Source: Squalus acanthias (lineage: Eukaryota). Taken from it: 64,000 nucleotides of DNA. The stretch is from positions 17,920,001-17,984,000 of the forward strand of contig CM059432.1 in the NCBI GenBank assembly GCA_030390025.1, written 5' to 3'. The notes under the pieces were generated by a model. That model made no database searches and was not told where the DNA came from. It worked only from the letters and a program-made list of their open reading frames with translations. The position numbers were made by a program, and so were the translations under genes. Positions 1 to 13,000 of the stretch are shown here, in pieces. How positions within the stretch are numbered: the first letter of the stretch is position 1; each line of letters starts with the position of its first letter.

Positions 1-822
1 CTATAATGTGGACAAGTGCGAAGTTATCCACCTTGGGTGCAGGAACGGGAGGGCAAATTATTATTTAAATGGCAATAAATTGGGAGAGGGGGAAGTACAG
101 AGAGACCTGGGTGTTCTTGTACACCAGTCACTGAAGGCGAGCATGCAGGTGCAACAGGCGATCAAGAAGGCAAACGGTATGCTGGCCTTCATAGCAAAAG
201 GGTTGGAATACAGGAACAGGGATACCTTGCTGCAGCTGTACAGGGCACTGGTGAGACCACACCTCGAGTACTGTGTACAGTTTTGGTCGCCTCATCTGAG
301 GAAAGATGTTCTTGCCATGGAGGGGGTGCAGCGGCGATTCACCAGGCTGATACCAGGAATGGCGGGATTGACCTATGAGGAGAGACTATGTAGTTTAGGG
401 ATGTACACACTGGAGTTTAGAAGATTGAGAGGGGACCTCATAGAAGTGTATAAAATTCTGACAGGTCTAGACAGACTAGATGCAGAAGGAATGTTTCCCT
501 TGGCGGGTGAGAACAGAACTAGAGGACATAATTTAAGGATAAGGGCTAAACCATTTAGGACAGAAATGAGGGGGAATTTCTTCACTCAGAGGGTGGTGAA
601 CCTGTGGAACTCATTGCCACAGAGGGCAGTGTACGCCAGCTCATTAAATATATTTAAGAGGGAATTAGATATATTTCTACAGGCAAAAGGGGTTAAGGGT
701 TACGGAGAGAAGGCGGGGACGGGATACTGAATTGGAGGATCAGCCATGATCTCATTAAATGGCGGAGCAGGCTCGAAGGGCCGGATGGCCTACTCCTGCT
801 CCTATCTTCTATGTATCTATGT
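1..822 (+). mobile_element. CR1 LINE 3' end (RT C-terminal region, 3' UTR, (TCTATGT)n-like tail)
   Basis: Open 240-aa frame with the CR1 motifs [15 protein letters not shown] and FFTQRVVNLWNSLP, followed by the CR1 3' UTR (ggcggagcaggctcgaagggccg..atggcctactcctgctcct) and a short repeat tail. Confidence 0.95.
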
Positions 823-909
823 AAGAATCTTTTTCCAGTTGTTGTATCCCTATTCTCAGGTCTTTGCCTATACCCGTTTTTAAAAAAAAAATTAATTCAC
901 GTCCCTAAA

Positions 910-965
910 TCGTTAGCCCAGGCCTCTGGATTACTAGTCCAGTAACATAACCACTATGCTATCAT
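910..965 (-). mobile_element. tRNA-derived SINE head fragment
   Basis: Reverse complement gatagcatagtggttatgttactggactagtaatccagagg has an A-box-like tRNA head; no CCA end or full cloverleaf. Confidence 0.5.
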
Positions 966-1214
966 TCCCGTTTAGAAGGTGTTTGGTGGAAGTCCAGGTT
1001 TACGCACTTAGTTTCCTCTTTCTCTCCGTAGGAAACCCTACCTCCATTCAGTACCAGTCAGTACCTCCTCCAACAATACAGGTCAGGTCTGGTCAGGAAC
1101 TCCATTTCGCTTTTTTCCTGCGCTCTTCTCTTGAGTCGCTGACTCTTCAAGCCCTCTGGTTCATCACCTCAATCATTTTTCTTCATATAGGTCGAGGCAG
1201 TTTGAAAATGGAGG

Positions 1215-1340
1215 ACGTCACAGCCAAGTCCAATCCTACTCTCAACCGACATGAGCAAATGTGCATTTTCCAGGAGGGAGGGAGGTCACTCGATGGTGAT
1301 CAGAGGAGTGTGGCTCAGGTGATTTCCCCCTCGTTACGCT
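1215..1340 (-). mobile_element. Old SINE-like repeat fragment (same family as 2155-3130 and 41640-41820)
   Basis: cacagccaagtccaatcctactctca.. resembles cacagctgatctgaatcctgtcctca at ~41644 and the reverse complement of ~2960-3075. Confidence 0.45.
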
Positions 1341-2154
1341 AAAGCATTGCGGCCACTTGTAGTGCTCCCATTTCCTGGCACCTTCCTGCAATGGCCCAGT
1401 TACAGTCACCATTTGAGCAGTCATGGAACCAATCCCATACTGTCCCTCTCTGTGGCAGAATCACCACATGAATCACGACAACAATAAAACCTTGTAGTTA
1501 TATAACTGCAGGGGAAAGGTGTTGAGCGTAGAGGGTGGCACTTAGTGTAAATATTCCTGGCATCTTGGTAAGTACATGTCACCATTTCAACTCTCCAGAC
1601 TTAACTGGGAGCCATTCAGCTGCTGTCAGTTGTGCAACTTGTCAACAAGTGATCACAGGCCAGCATTCTGTCTGGTCCTGGATTCAAACCAGGTGCTGCT
1701 CAAGCCTGGAAGCTTCAGGATCAGCCCAGAGGCACAACAGTAGCTGGCAAGTCCTACAAATGCCTGGCTCAGATGTCTCTGAAGCACCAACTAAGACCAG
1801 AAAGAATGGCAATTTATGTCACTTATAGAGATTTGAAATGGAAAATCTCTGGATTGGCAGGAAGAAAGAAAAACTTCAATTTGAAATATCTCCTAGAAAA
1901 AAAGGAGATTTTCCGAATGATTTTATTTCTGTAAATTGTTCAGTCCTTTACACTGCAGCCCTTGTGACACTCAACCTTTTCCTAACTATGCGTATTTAGA
2001 AGAACGCACTAACAGTGCTGGCAAATATGTGTTGAAATGCCACAAACCTAATCCAGATTTTCTTGGGTTTTTGACTCTGAGCTTCGCCAACACATGGCTT
2101 GAAGTTTTGCCAAATGTTGTGCTTCAACAAAATTAAAAATGTTTGATAAGCAAG

Positions 2155-3130
2155 GTCCCCTGAAGGTCCAGCGGGTAAATGCACGGCTCGGTATGGCACT
2201 GAGTCACATAGACCAGGGACCCCGGATTTGATCTCTGCTCTGCGGTGACTGAACTGAGATCAGGCAGAGCAACAGCTGGAATACAGACCCCACCACTTAC
2301 ACCGTTCACGCTTATCATGGCAGCCGCCTATATCTGGCAAATGGCACTGACCATTTCCAGTACCATAGGAGTCAATTTTAAAGGTGCCGCTTATAAGGTA
2401 TTAAGTGCGCCAGCTATTTCAGGCGGTTCAATCGCCTGTACTTACCGGTGTAGTAACAAACATCCTCTTCCTTCTTATATCACAGCAAAGAAGCCCTTTT
2501 GACATTTTCTAAAATTACATATTGAGACATGGCTGCCGTTCATTCAAAAATCCCCAGTCAGTATCGGGATGTGATTGATCCAAATACTGAAACTCGGGGC
2601 TGCTTTCATTTAATAGTGTGAGAGATATTTAACAGGTACAGGCGGAAACCCGAGCTTCATGTTAAGCCGCAGGTAGCCTAGTCTTGCCCGTTGAAGAAAT
2701 AAAGCCGGCGTGGGGGCCGCGGATGCCAGTATCCTGGATCTGACAGTGGGCCTCTCCTGTACTGTTTTAGTGGTTTAATCATTTAGAAACCCCGCCCGTG
2801 TGTACAAAACCCAAACAACGGTTTACACTCCGTATCCTCTGTAGGGCATCTGAGGCTGATGTTTCATACCTACAACCTGTACCCATCCAACGCTTATAGC
2901 GAGCAAATCGCGTTAACTCCAACGCACCCGCTACAAGCGGTGGGGACTCAGTACCTCTGGGTCAGGGAGCTGAAAAGTCAGCCAAGACCTCCACTCCTGA
3001 TTGCTAGCTAGCGGCTCCTGCATAAAATGTGTGAATGTGGGCATCAGGTGGGAATCAGAATGGGTTAGGGTCTGATGGTCCGCACTTTTGGAACAGCTAA
3101 TTGACACCTCACTATGTAGGCTGGCACATG
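2155..3130 (+). mobile_element. Old tRNA-head SINE-like repeat split by a Tigger-like MITE
   Basis: Head-like segment 2155-2281 resumes at 2954 after the insertion; the downstream half resembles the 1215 and 41640 fragments. Confidence 0.45.
2284..2951. mobile_element. Degenerate Tc1/mariner (Tigger/pogo-like) non-autonomous element
   Basis: TA on both sides (2282-83, 2952-53); imperfect TIRs CAGACCCCCACCACTTAC vs CTGAGTCCCCACCGCTTGT; subterminal cgcttat repeats. Confidence 0.55.
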
Positions 3131-3906
3131 AAGACTTTCAGAGGGTTTTTGACACCCATGGACTGCTCGCAACCACAGTCCTGAGGCAGCAAACTGTAAG
3201 CTGCTCAAATAGAAGACAGATGGAATGAAAAGTATTAGCATCTGCAATTGGACTGTGAAAGGCTCATACTTGAAGCAGCCACCAGATGGGAGCAAAGCTG
3301 TAGCATGTGGTATGGGATCTTAATACACGCCAGTTCAAGGCCACAGAATCCAGGACACATTCAGGTGGAAATAGACAACCGCGCCCATTTGCTGCACAAC
3401 TGCCATGCACAGGTCCTGCATAAACACCAGGCTTGTCTCCAGCACCAGGAGGAGAGCTCTGAGAAAAGGTAGGTGTTTGGTATTGAGAGCAGACCGAATT
3501 GTAGGCACCAAGAAGAGGCAAGGGCCGAAATCTTGACATTGAAGAGAGTGCGGGTTCTCGAGCAGGTCGGCTGTTAAAAGCGCTGAAAAGACGCTGAAAG
3601 AGCCTCAGGAACCCGCCTTCATCCCGCCGACCTCCGCTTTTAGCTGGGGCGCGTTTCCCAGTGTGCCACTTGGGAGGGGGGCGGAGGGGGGGGGGGGGGG
3701 GGGGCGACCTCATTGAGGTATTTAACAGCTTGCTGACAGACCCTTAAGAGGCTTTTTAATCTGAGGTTTCATCTTTCACTGCTTGTGCACGGGATTCACG
3801 GACTTCCTGAACCTTGCCTGTGAAGGGGAGGCGGGAGCTCAGCGGCCATTGTGCGAGTTCATTAAGTGACAGCTGGAAAAAGCACATAAATACTCACACC
3901 TTATCT

Positions 3907-4325
3907 ATAGAAACATAGAATCTAGGAGCAGGAGTAGGCCATTCGGCCCGTCGAGCCTGCTCCGCCATTCAATACGATCATGGCTGATCATCCAAATCCA
4001 GTCCCTGCTTTAATCCCCACAGTACACATATCCCACCCTACCCCCGTAACCCCACGTATTTAATTCCCCCTAACATATCCCATCCTATCCCCATAACCCC
4101 ACATATTTAATCCCCCCTAACACTAAGGGTCAATTTATCATAGCCAAATCAACCTAACCCACACATTTTTGGACTGTGGGAGGAAACCGGAGCACCCGGA
4201 GGAAACCCACGCAGACACGGGGAGAATGTGCAAACTCCACACAGACAGTCACCCGAGGTCAGATTCGAACCTGGGTCTCTGGCGCTGTGAGGCACCAGTG
4301 CTAACCACTATGCCACCGTGTTGCC
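3907..4325 (-). mobile_element. V-SINE (HE1-like) with CR1-derived tail
   Basis: tRNA head ggcaacacggtggcatagtggttagcact..ggttcgaatc, V domain tgtgtggagtttgcacattctccccgtgtctgcgtgggtttcctccgggtgctccggtttcctcccaca, and a tail shared with CR1 3' ends. Confidence 0.92.
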
Positions 4326-4329
4326 TCTC

Positions 4330-4472
4330 ATTTTTTTTGGCCCTGCGTGGCCCCTTTAAGTGGCTGCGTGGGCCATTCAAAATACCGCACATGCGCTGTG
4401 TTTATGTTGAAATGCCGGCAAGCCGGCTGCGCAGGTTCCTTGGAGCGGCCGCGCACCTTGCAGGGAACACTG
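4330..4472. mobile_element. hAT-type MITE, right half
   Basis: Ends in AGGGAACACTG (TIR CAGTGTTCCCT); candidate 8-bp TSD caccttat (3897-3904) / caccttac (4473-4480). Confidence 0.55.
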
Positions 4473-4644
4473 CACCTTACACCTGCTTCCTTGGCTAAGG
4501 GAAAGGCTCTTGCTGACACCATTTCGTGCAGAGATTTTGCTTTCAGGAGTTTGCAGGTGATTTCTGCAACCTCGGAAGCCACTCTCACTACATTGGAGGA
4601 TTGTGCCTCTGATCTCCACTTTACCTGGCATCTATCAGATCAGC

Positions 4645-5110
4645 ATGGGTGCCACTTATGCTGTTTCACCTTGGACCTTAGATTCAGACCAAGATGAGTC
4701 CCAGCACCAACAACACCAGCCACACCAACAGCAGCAGCAGCCTTTGCCTCACTGCCCTGATGCTCCACAGGAGGGGATCAGCACAGGGATGCACCTTGCC
4801 GGGGGCGATACCCCCAACACAGGGTATACAGGCAGAGGATGAGCTTCCTGAACATGACTGAACAGCAGTGCTTCAGGAGGCTCAGACTATCACACTAGGT
4901 TGTGGCAGACATTTGTAGCTTGTTGGAAGAAGACCTGCTGCCCAGAGGACCTGCTGGACACACCTTACCAGTGGCTGTCAAAGTCACCACCGGCTCAATT
5001 TCTTCACCTCAGGCTCCTTCCAGGGATCTGCAGCAGACATTTGCAGGATCTCGCAGTCAGCCGCCCACGAATGCATCACCCAGGTGACCGATGCCGTGTT
5101 TCACAAGTCA
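4645..5110 (+). pseudogene. Harbinger (HARBI1-like) transposase N-terminal remnant
   Basis: Frames join to [89 protein letters not shown]; the DDE domain is absent and an RTE lies in its place. Confidence 0.85.
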
Positions 5111-5112
5111 GA

Positions 5113-5697
5113 CACGATGACAAAGTCCAACACCACCTTCAGTGTGCCAGTGCAGCCTTCAGTCGCCTGAGGAAGAGAGTGTTTGAAGATCAGGACCTCA
5201 AACCCGGCACTAAGCTCATGGTCTACAGAGCAGTAGTGATACACACCCTCCTGTATGCTTCAGAGTCCTGGACCATTTACAGCAGGCACCTCAAAGCACT
5301 GGAGAGGTACCACCAACGCTGCCTCTGCAAGATCCTGCAAATCCATTGACAGGATAGGCGCACCAACGTCAGTGTTCTCGCTCAGGCCAACATCCCCAGC
5401 ATCGAAGCTTTGACCACGCTCGATCAGCTCCGATGGACGGGTCACATTGTCCACATGCCCGATACGAGACTCCCAAAACAAGCGCTCTACTCGGAGCTCC
5501 GACACGGCAAGAGAGCCCCAGGTGGGCAGAGGAAACGCTTCAAGGACACCTTCAAAGCCTCCTTGAAAAAGTGCAACATCCCCACCGACACCTGGGAATC
5601 CCTGGCCCAAGACCGCACAAAGTGGAGGAGAAGCATCCGGGAAGGCGGCGAACACCTCGAGTCTCTTCGCCGGGAGCAAGCGGAAGCCAAGCGCAAA
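5113..5697 (+). mobile_element. RTE-clade (BovB/RTE-1-like) LINE fragment
   Basis: [51 protein letters not shown] motifs; close match to 23633-24445. Confidence 0.9.
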
Positions 5698-6034
5698 CTT
5701 GGCTTTAGTTAACTTCCACCAGTGCACCCATCTGGCTCCCAGAAGCTGTACCAACTTCCCCCCCCACCCCCCCCGCCCTCAACAACGCCACAAAGCAGTC
5801 CTAAAATGACCAAACCATTCCTGTCACACATACCCCTATTGCTCGAGGTTAAATAATGTCTCACCATTCACTTCAAGTGACAAGGCCACTTCCCAGGTAG
5901 CAGGCAGAAATGGACAGATGGGAAAGTGGTGCAAAGAAATAAATTTATGTGGGTCATAAATAGAACTGAACCGTAACACTAACATTTTGGCAAACACCCA
6001 TGTGCATACCCTTGTGCATCTACGATTATGTAAT

Positions 6035-7857
6035 TTATCTTTTCCGAGTGCTTCTACGAGATGCACCCCCTGTGGATTCAGCAGAGGTAGAGGCAGGCTG
6101 CTCACTTCCCTGCTCTGACTGCTTAGACACTTTTAACGTACGTCCTCTGGGCTTTGGAGCCTGTGAGGGCCCCGCCAAAGACTGCTCCTCCTGTAACTCT
6201 ACAGGGGCAGACTCGGCCATCAGGATCCGAGGCAGCATGTGGGGCTCTGACTGAGGGGGAGGCAACGGGGGAGAAGTGGGAGCGCTTTGAGCAGAGCCCC
6301 CTCTTCCATATGTCCTCTCACCATCAACCCTCTCATGGGTCACCCGCACTTTCCTGCTAGCAAGGAGCTGGAGAGCACCTTGCTGCACATCAGTGGGGCA
6401 ATGAACGCCCAAGTCTGCATTGGTATCCCTCCTAGAGATGAGATCAATCAGAGTCTGCAAGCTGTTGTTCACAGCAAGCATGGACTCCTTTGACTGGTGC
6501 CTTAGCTGCTCCATGCAGGTGGCCATCTTTTCCATGGAAGATCACATCGTCGCCATCAGCTGCTCATGTTGGAGGTGGACTCCTCCATTCTCTCTACAAT
6601 CGCGCACATCACGGCTGGAAAAGCTCCCAGAGCCTCGCGCATTTGTTGCTGCTCCTCCAAGATCAATCTCTTTGTCGACGGCCCCCAAGGTTCAGCATCC
6701 GCATCCAGCTGAGCAGAGCTTGGAGTATCCTACGCCCTCCGGCGAGGACTCTCCACTGCTGTCCCTGGCTCCACCATCTGCTCTTGCTCACTTATGATGT
6801 GTGAGACACTAGCTGACAACACTACTCTATGTCTCGCAGGACCCACAGAAGTGCGCTGGTGCTGGGTGCGCGTGGGTCTGGTGACGGTGCACCCTCAGAG
6901 ACTGGAGCTTCCGCTGAGGAATCGTCTTCCTCCTCCAGCTGGACAGTGGGGGGAGGGGGGGCACTTGATGGACCTGTGGGGGAGTAAAGACATGAATTAG
7001 AACACTTCTGATAAGAATGTGTAACGTTATAATTATGCACATCATGATATTTCACTGGCTGTTGACATCAGGTCACCAGGAGTGACTATTGTATGCCATG
7101 TGGCTGTATGATATTTAATTCTGTCACCAGTTTATTGGGAGGTCCCCCTCTTTCATCTCCCACCGCCAGCAGTTTAGCCATTCTGCTTAATTTCAGCGCC
7201 TCCTCCTGCGCTGGCGTCAATGTATTGTAAATTGGAGGGCTACCTCCGGCTCTCTGTCTCTCCCTGTTCTGCGCTCTCTTCTGCAAGGAGAGAAAGAAGA
7301 GAACCTTGAGTGAGAATGACGGAATGGGTGTAAGGAATGGATGGACTACATCTGTAGAGGGTGACTATGAGGGAGTGGCAAGACATTGCCAAATGGCCTC
7401 CTTCTGTGGCGCTACTTTGTAGGATTGCATTAGGCTGAGGGCGAGTGTCAGTGGTGGATAGTCAGATGGGGATGTGAGTAGGGGCATAGACAGTGAGGGA
7501 TGGGTGCACGGTAGGTTGGTGTGATGAGTGACGTGCAGGAGTAGGCTTGGGAAGGCAGAGTGATGGGTTGGGGTGACACGCACATCAGGAAGTAGCTGAG
7601 TGTGGCATTGCACTCACCTTTCCTGACCTCGTGAGGTCATTAAATCACTTCCTACACTGCGTCCAGGAACGGCTCACAACAGCCCTGCTGCTCGCTTTGT
7701 GGGCGATCTCCAGCCACGCCCTCTTTGTTTCACTGGCTGGCCTTTTCCTGCCGGCACCAGGGAACAGGACCTCCTTCCGTGCTCTCACTCCCTGGAGCAA
7801 GATGTCCAGGGAGGAATCTGAAAACCTGGGCGCAGCCTTCTGGCGCTGAGACTGCAT
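6035..7857 (-). pseudogene. Harbinger Myb/SANT-like DNA-binding gene, spliced, with premature stop
   Basis: Exon 7857-7618 (APRFSDSSLDILL..AWLEIA..RSWTQCRK*FNDL, AAG|GTGAGT donor), exon 7280-7128 (KRAQNRERQRAGGSPP), acceptor at 6973 into an acidic/coiled C-terminal region ending RRSTRKR. Confidence 0.85.
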
Positions 7858-8171
7858 CGCTGCCTATAAACCCTTGCTCCCTCGCAGTCAAAGTATTGGA
7901 TGGAACAGCGACAGGCCCCTCTCACAACCACCTCAGAACCTCCTACAACAACCTTCACCTCTGATGTGTGCAAGGCTCCTTTAAATAGGCGAGCTGAAAG
8001 TGAGTCATCCGTGACGTCATCAGGCCCGCTCCAGTTAATTGGCCGGGAAGCCCGCATGACTCAGTCAATTGATCTAATTAAGTTAAACACGCAGTGGAGA
8101 GCGCGCTAATGGAAAGTTTGTGATGGCAATCCGCTACACGCCCCGTCCCCCCCCCACCACCTCCGCACCAA

Positions 8172-8280
8172 GGCTGCAGTGGTTCAGAAGGCGGCTCATC
8201 ACCACCTTCTCAAGGGCAATTAGAGATGGGCAATAAATGCTGGCCTTGCCAGCGACGCCCACATCCAGTGAACTAATATA
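8172..8280 (+). mobile_element. 3' tail of the CR1/L2-group LINE family seen at 38349-39958
   Basis: caccaccttctcaagggcaattagagatgggcaataaatgctggcc matches 39870-39920; further tails at ~33400 (-) and ~44720 (+). Confidence 0.8.
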
Positions 8281-10082
8281 GATAACTTTAAATCTGGCCC
8301 TGCACAAACAGTCTTCCATAAGAACATAAGACGTAGGAGCAGGAGTAGGTCATTTGGCCTCTCGAGCCTGCTCCGCCATTCAATAAGATCATGGCTGATC
8401 TGATCTTGGCCTCAACTCCACTTCCCTGCCCACTTCCCATAACCCTTGACTCCCTTATCGTTCAAAAATCTGTCTCTCTCCACCTTAAATATATTCAATG
8501 ACCCAGCCTCCACAGCTCTCTGGGGAAGAGAATTCCAAAGATTCACAACCCTCTGAGAGAAGAAATTCCTCCTCATTTCCCATTTAAATGGGTGCCCCCT
8601 TATTCTGAAACTATGCCCCCTAGTTCTAGATTCCCCCACAAGGGGAAACATCCTCTCTGCATCTACCCTGTCAAGCCCCTTCAGAATCTGATATGTTTCA
8701 ATAAGATCCCCTCTCATTCTTCTAAACTCCAATGAGTATAGGTCCAACCTGCTCAACCTTTCTTCATAAGACAACCCCTTCATCTCCGGAATCAACCTTG
8801 TGAACCTTCTCTGAACTGCCTCCAATGCAAGTATATCCTTCCTTAAATAAGGAGACCAAAACCGTACGCAGTACAGTTGTAACAGGACTTCCCTACTTTT
8901 ATACTCCATTCCCTTTGCAATAAAGGCCAACACTCCATTTGCCTTCCTAATTACTTGCTGTACCTGCATGCTAACTTTTTGTGATTCATGTACAAGGACC
9001 CCCAGATCCCTCTGTACCTCAGCATTCTGTAATCTCTCCCCATTTAATTAATAATTTGTTTTTTTATTTTCCTACCAAAGTGGATAACCTCACATTTTCC
9101 TACATTAAACTCCATCTGCCAGATTTTTGCCCACTCACTTAGCCTATCTATATCCCTTTGGAGATTCTTTGCATCCTCCACACAATTTGCTTTTCCACCT
9201 ATCTTTGTATCATCAGCAAATTTGACTACATTACACTCAGTCCCTTCATCCAAGTCATTAATGTAGATTGTAAGTAGTTGAGGCCCCAGCACTGATCCCT
9301 GCAGCACCCCACTAGTTACAGTTTGCCAACCTGAAAATTACCCATTTATCCTGACTCTTTGTTTTCTGTTAGTTAGCCAATCCTCTATCCATGCTAATAT
9401 ATTACCCCCAACCCCGTGAGCTCTTATCTTGTGTAGTAACCTTTTATGTGGCACCTTATCGAATGCCTTCTGGAAATCCAAATACACGACATCTACTGGT
9501 TCCCCTTTATCCACCCTGCTCGTTACATCCTCAAAGAACTCCAGCAAATTTATTAAACATGATTTCCCTTTCATAAAACCATGCTAACTCTGCTTGACTA
9601 TATTATGATTTTCTAAATGTCCTGCTATCACTTCCTTAATGATGGACTCCAGCATTTTTCCAATGACAGATGTTAGGCTAACTGGTCAATAGTTGCCTGC
9701 TTTCTGTCTCCCTCCTTTCTTAAATAGGGGCATTACATTTGCAGTTTTCAAGTCCGCTGGGACCTCTCCAGAATCCAGGGAATTTTGTTGATTACAACCA
9801 ATGCATCCACTATCTCTGCAGCCACCTCTTTTAAGACTCTAGGATGCACGCTATTGGGTCCAGTGGACTCGTCCACCTTTAGTCCCATTAGTTTGCCTAG
9901 TGCTTTCTCTCTAGTGATAGTGATTGTTTTAAGTTCCCCCCCCACCCCAATAGCCCCTTGATTATCCATTATTGGGATGCTTTTAGTGTCTTCTACCGTG
10001 AAAACCGATACAAAATATTTGTTCAAGGTCTCCACCATTTCCCTATTTCCCATTATTAATTCCCCAGACTCATCCTCTAGGG

Positions 10083-13000
10083 TGAAGGAATATTTACTAG
10101 TCCTAGCCCCTTTGGGGCTATCCTGGATCAGGCGTATTTCTCAGATGTTCACTTTCAACTAAAGTTTGAGGTAGCCGAATCCTAAAGACGCTTAACTGGA
10201 TCTAAAGGTCCGGGCTATCTCTCCCTAAAGGAAAGGAACAACCCGAGAAGGTTACCATCCTCCAGATAGCGCTTTTAATAAGTTTAGCCAGACTGTAACG
10301 TCCCGGGTATTATGAGGGTCCGGGGAACTCCCCTCAGAAATGTAACTCTTCACCAAAGAGTGTACAGAGATTGAGTTTGCAAGTTATTGATACAGAAGTC
10401 TTATGTGAGACAATTCTAAAAATATATCGAGATTTATTAAAGAACCGACATGCAATTTACAGTTGGTGAATCAGTAAATCGCAATGTTAACAGTTCTAAA
10501 AAGAGAAAAAATACGATCTTATTTTTAACAGAGAATCTTACTTTTAAATCTTAACTTCGCTACAGTATTACAGTTCTTAAAATTTTCTATACAGGATATC
10601 CATCAATATCAAATACCTTTGATCCCCGAAGTACAAAGAGTGGAAGACCACAGTGCCACCTTTGTAGTCGAGAATCACTTTGCCCGATTAAAGCGAGTCT
10701 GCTATCTCATTTGAGACTTCAATATTTATATCCTTTTTCAGTTGTATTTCCTTTAAAGTTTCTGCTGATGCAAGTTAATTATCCCTATTCATCTTTCTGC
10801 TGACCTCTGCAATTCTTTACTGCTACATAGAAACATAAAAACATAGAAAAATAGGAGCAGGAGTAGGCCATTTGGCCCTTTGAGCCTGCTCCGCCATTCA
10901 ATATGATCATGGCTGATCCTCTATCTCAATACCATATTCCCGCTCTCTCCCCATACCCCTTGATGCCTTTTGTGTCTAGAAATCTATCTATCTCCTTCTT
11001 AAATATATTCAGTGACTTGGCCTCCACAGCCTTCTGTGGTAGAGAATTCCACAGGTTCACCATTTCTCCTCATCTCAGTCCTAAATATCCTACCCCGTAT
11101 CCTGAGACTGTGACCCCTCGTTCTAGACCTCCCAGTCAGGGGGAACATCCTCCCTGCATCCAGTCTGTCTAGCCCTGTCAGAATTTTATACGTTTGAGAT
11201 CCCCTTTCATTCTTCTAAACTCTAGTGAACACAGGCCTAGTCGACCCAATCTCTCCTCATACAACAGTCCTGCCATCCCAGGAATCAGTCTGGTGAACCT
11301 TTGCTGCAGTCCCTCTGTGGCAAGTATATCCTTTCTTAGGTAAGGAGACCAAAACTGCACACAGTACTCCAGGTGTGGTCTCACCAAGGCCCTGTACAAC
11401 TGTAGTAAGACATCCTTGCTCCTGTACTCAAATCGTCTTGCACTGAAGGCCAACATACCATTTGCCTTCCTAACTGCTTGCTGCACCTGCATGTTTGCTT
11501 TCAGTGACTGGTGCACAAGGACACCCAGGTCCCTTTGTACTTCAGCATTTCCCAATCTATCACCATTTAAATAATACTCTACCTTTCTGTTTTTCCTACC
11601 GAAGTTGATAACTTCACATTTATCCACGTTATACTGCATCTGCCATGTATTTGCCCACTCACTCAACTTGTCTAAATCGCCTTGAAGCCTCTTTGCATCC
11701 TCCTCATAACTCACAATCCCACCTAGTTTAGTGTCATCGGCAAACTTGGAAATATTACATTTGGTTCTCTCATCCATGTCATTGATGTGTATTGTGAATA
11801 GCTGGGGCCCAAGCACTGATCCCTGCGGTACCCCACTAGTCACCGCCTGCCACCCCGAAAAAGACCCATTTATTCCTACTCTCTGTTTCCTGTCTGTTAA
11901 CCAATTTTCAAACCATGCCAGTATATTACCCCCAACCCCATGTGCTTTAATTTTCCACACTAACCTCTTATGTGGGACTTTATCAAAGGCCTTCTGAAAA
12001 TCCAAATACACCACATCCACTGGTTCTCCCTTATCTATTCTACCAGTTACATCCTCAAAAAACTCCAGTAGGTTTTTCAAACACGATTTCCCTTTCATAA
12101 ATCCATGTTGACTTTGTCTAATCCCGTTGATATTTTCTAAGTGTCCTGTTATCACATTCTTTATAATAGACTCTAGCATTTTCCCTACTACTGATGTTAG
12201 GCTAACCAGTCTGTAGTTCCCTGTTTTCTCTCTCCCTCCTTTTTTAAATAGTGGGGTTACATTTGCCACCCTCCAATCTGCAGGAACTGTTCCATAATCT
12301 ATAGAATTTTGGAAGATGACAACCAATGCATCCAATATTTCCATGGCTACTTCTTTTAGTACTCTGGGATGCAGATTATCAGGCCCTGGGGATTTATCAG
12401 CTTTCAGTCCCATTAATTTTTCCAGCACCATTTTTTTACTAATACTAATTTCCTTTAATTCCTCCTTCTCACTAGACCTTTGGTTCCCTAGCATTTCTGG
12501 GAAGTTATTTGTGTCCTCTTCCGTGAAGACAGAACCAAAGTATTTGTTTAATTGCGCTGCCATTTCCTTGTTCCCCATTATAAATTTTCCCGTTTCTGAC
12601 TGTAAGGGACCTACATTTGTCTTCACTAATCTTTTCCTTTTTACGTACTTGTAGAATCTTTTACAATCCACTTTTATGTTCCTTGCAAGTTTACTCTCAT
12701 ACTCTATTTTTCCCCTCTTAATCAATCTCTTGGTCCTTTTTTGCTGAACTCTAAACTGCTCCCAATCCTCAGGCTTGCTACTTTTTCTGGCAACTTTATA
12801 TGACTCCTCTTTGGATCTAATACTATCCTTAATTTCTTTTGTTAGCCATGGTTGGGCCACTTTTCCTTTTGTGTTTTTGCGCCAGAAATGAATGTATAAC
12901 TGTTGCAATTCATGCATTCGTTCCTTAAATGTTAGCCATTGCCTATCCACCGTCATGCCTTTTAATGGAGCTCCCCAATCTATCATAGCCAACTCATTCC

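Larger units (their letters stand above)
3522..8300. mobile_element. Decayed two-gene PIF/Harbinger transposon carrying nested insertions
   Basis: Ends GGGCCGAAATCT ... AAATCTGGCCC; convergent transposase and Myb/SANT gene remnants inside; TSD not preserved, so the ends are less certain than the interior. Confidence 0.75.

Noticed and set aside
3264..3713. Proline-rich 149-aa ORF and the many other short six-frame ORFs
   Set aside because: They arise from a poly-G tract, GC-rich TE ends or antisense frames of TEs; no homology signal
7645..7857. Host NAIF1/MSANTD gene
   Set aside because: In-frame stop, and it lies in a Harbinger opposite a transposase remnant
10270..10300. Shorter LTR (TGTAAC..GCTACA) with a TGG primer-binding site
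   Set aside because: TGGCTAAACTT matches no tRNA 3' end I recognise; the 10083/13668 termini with a TSD explain the region better
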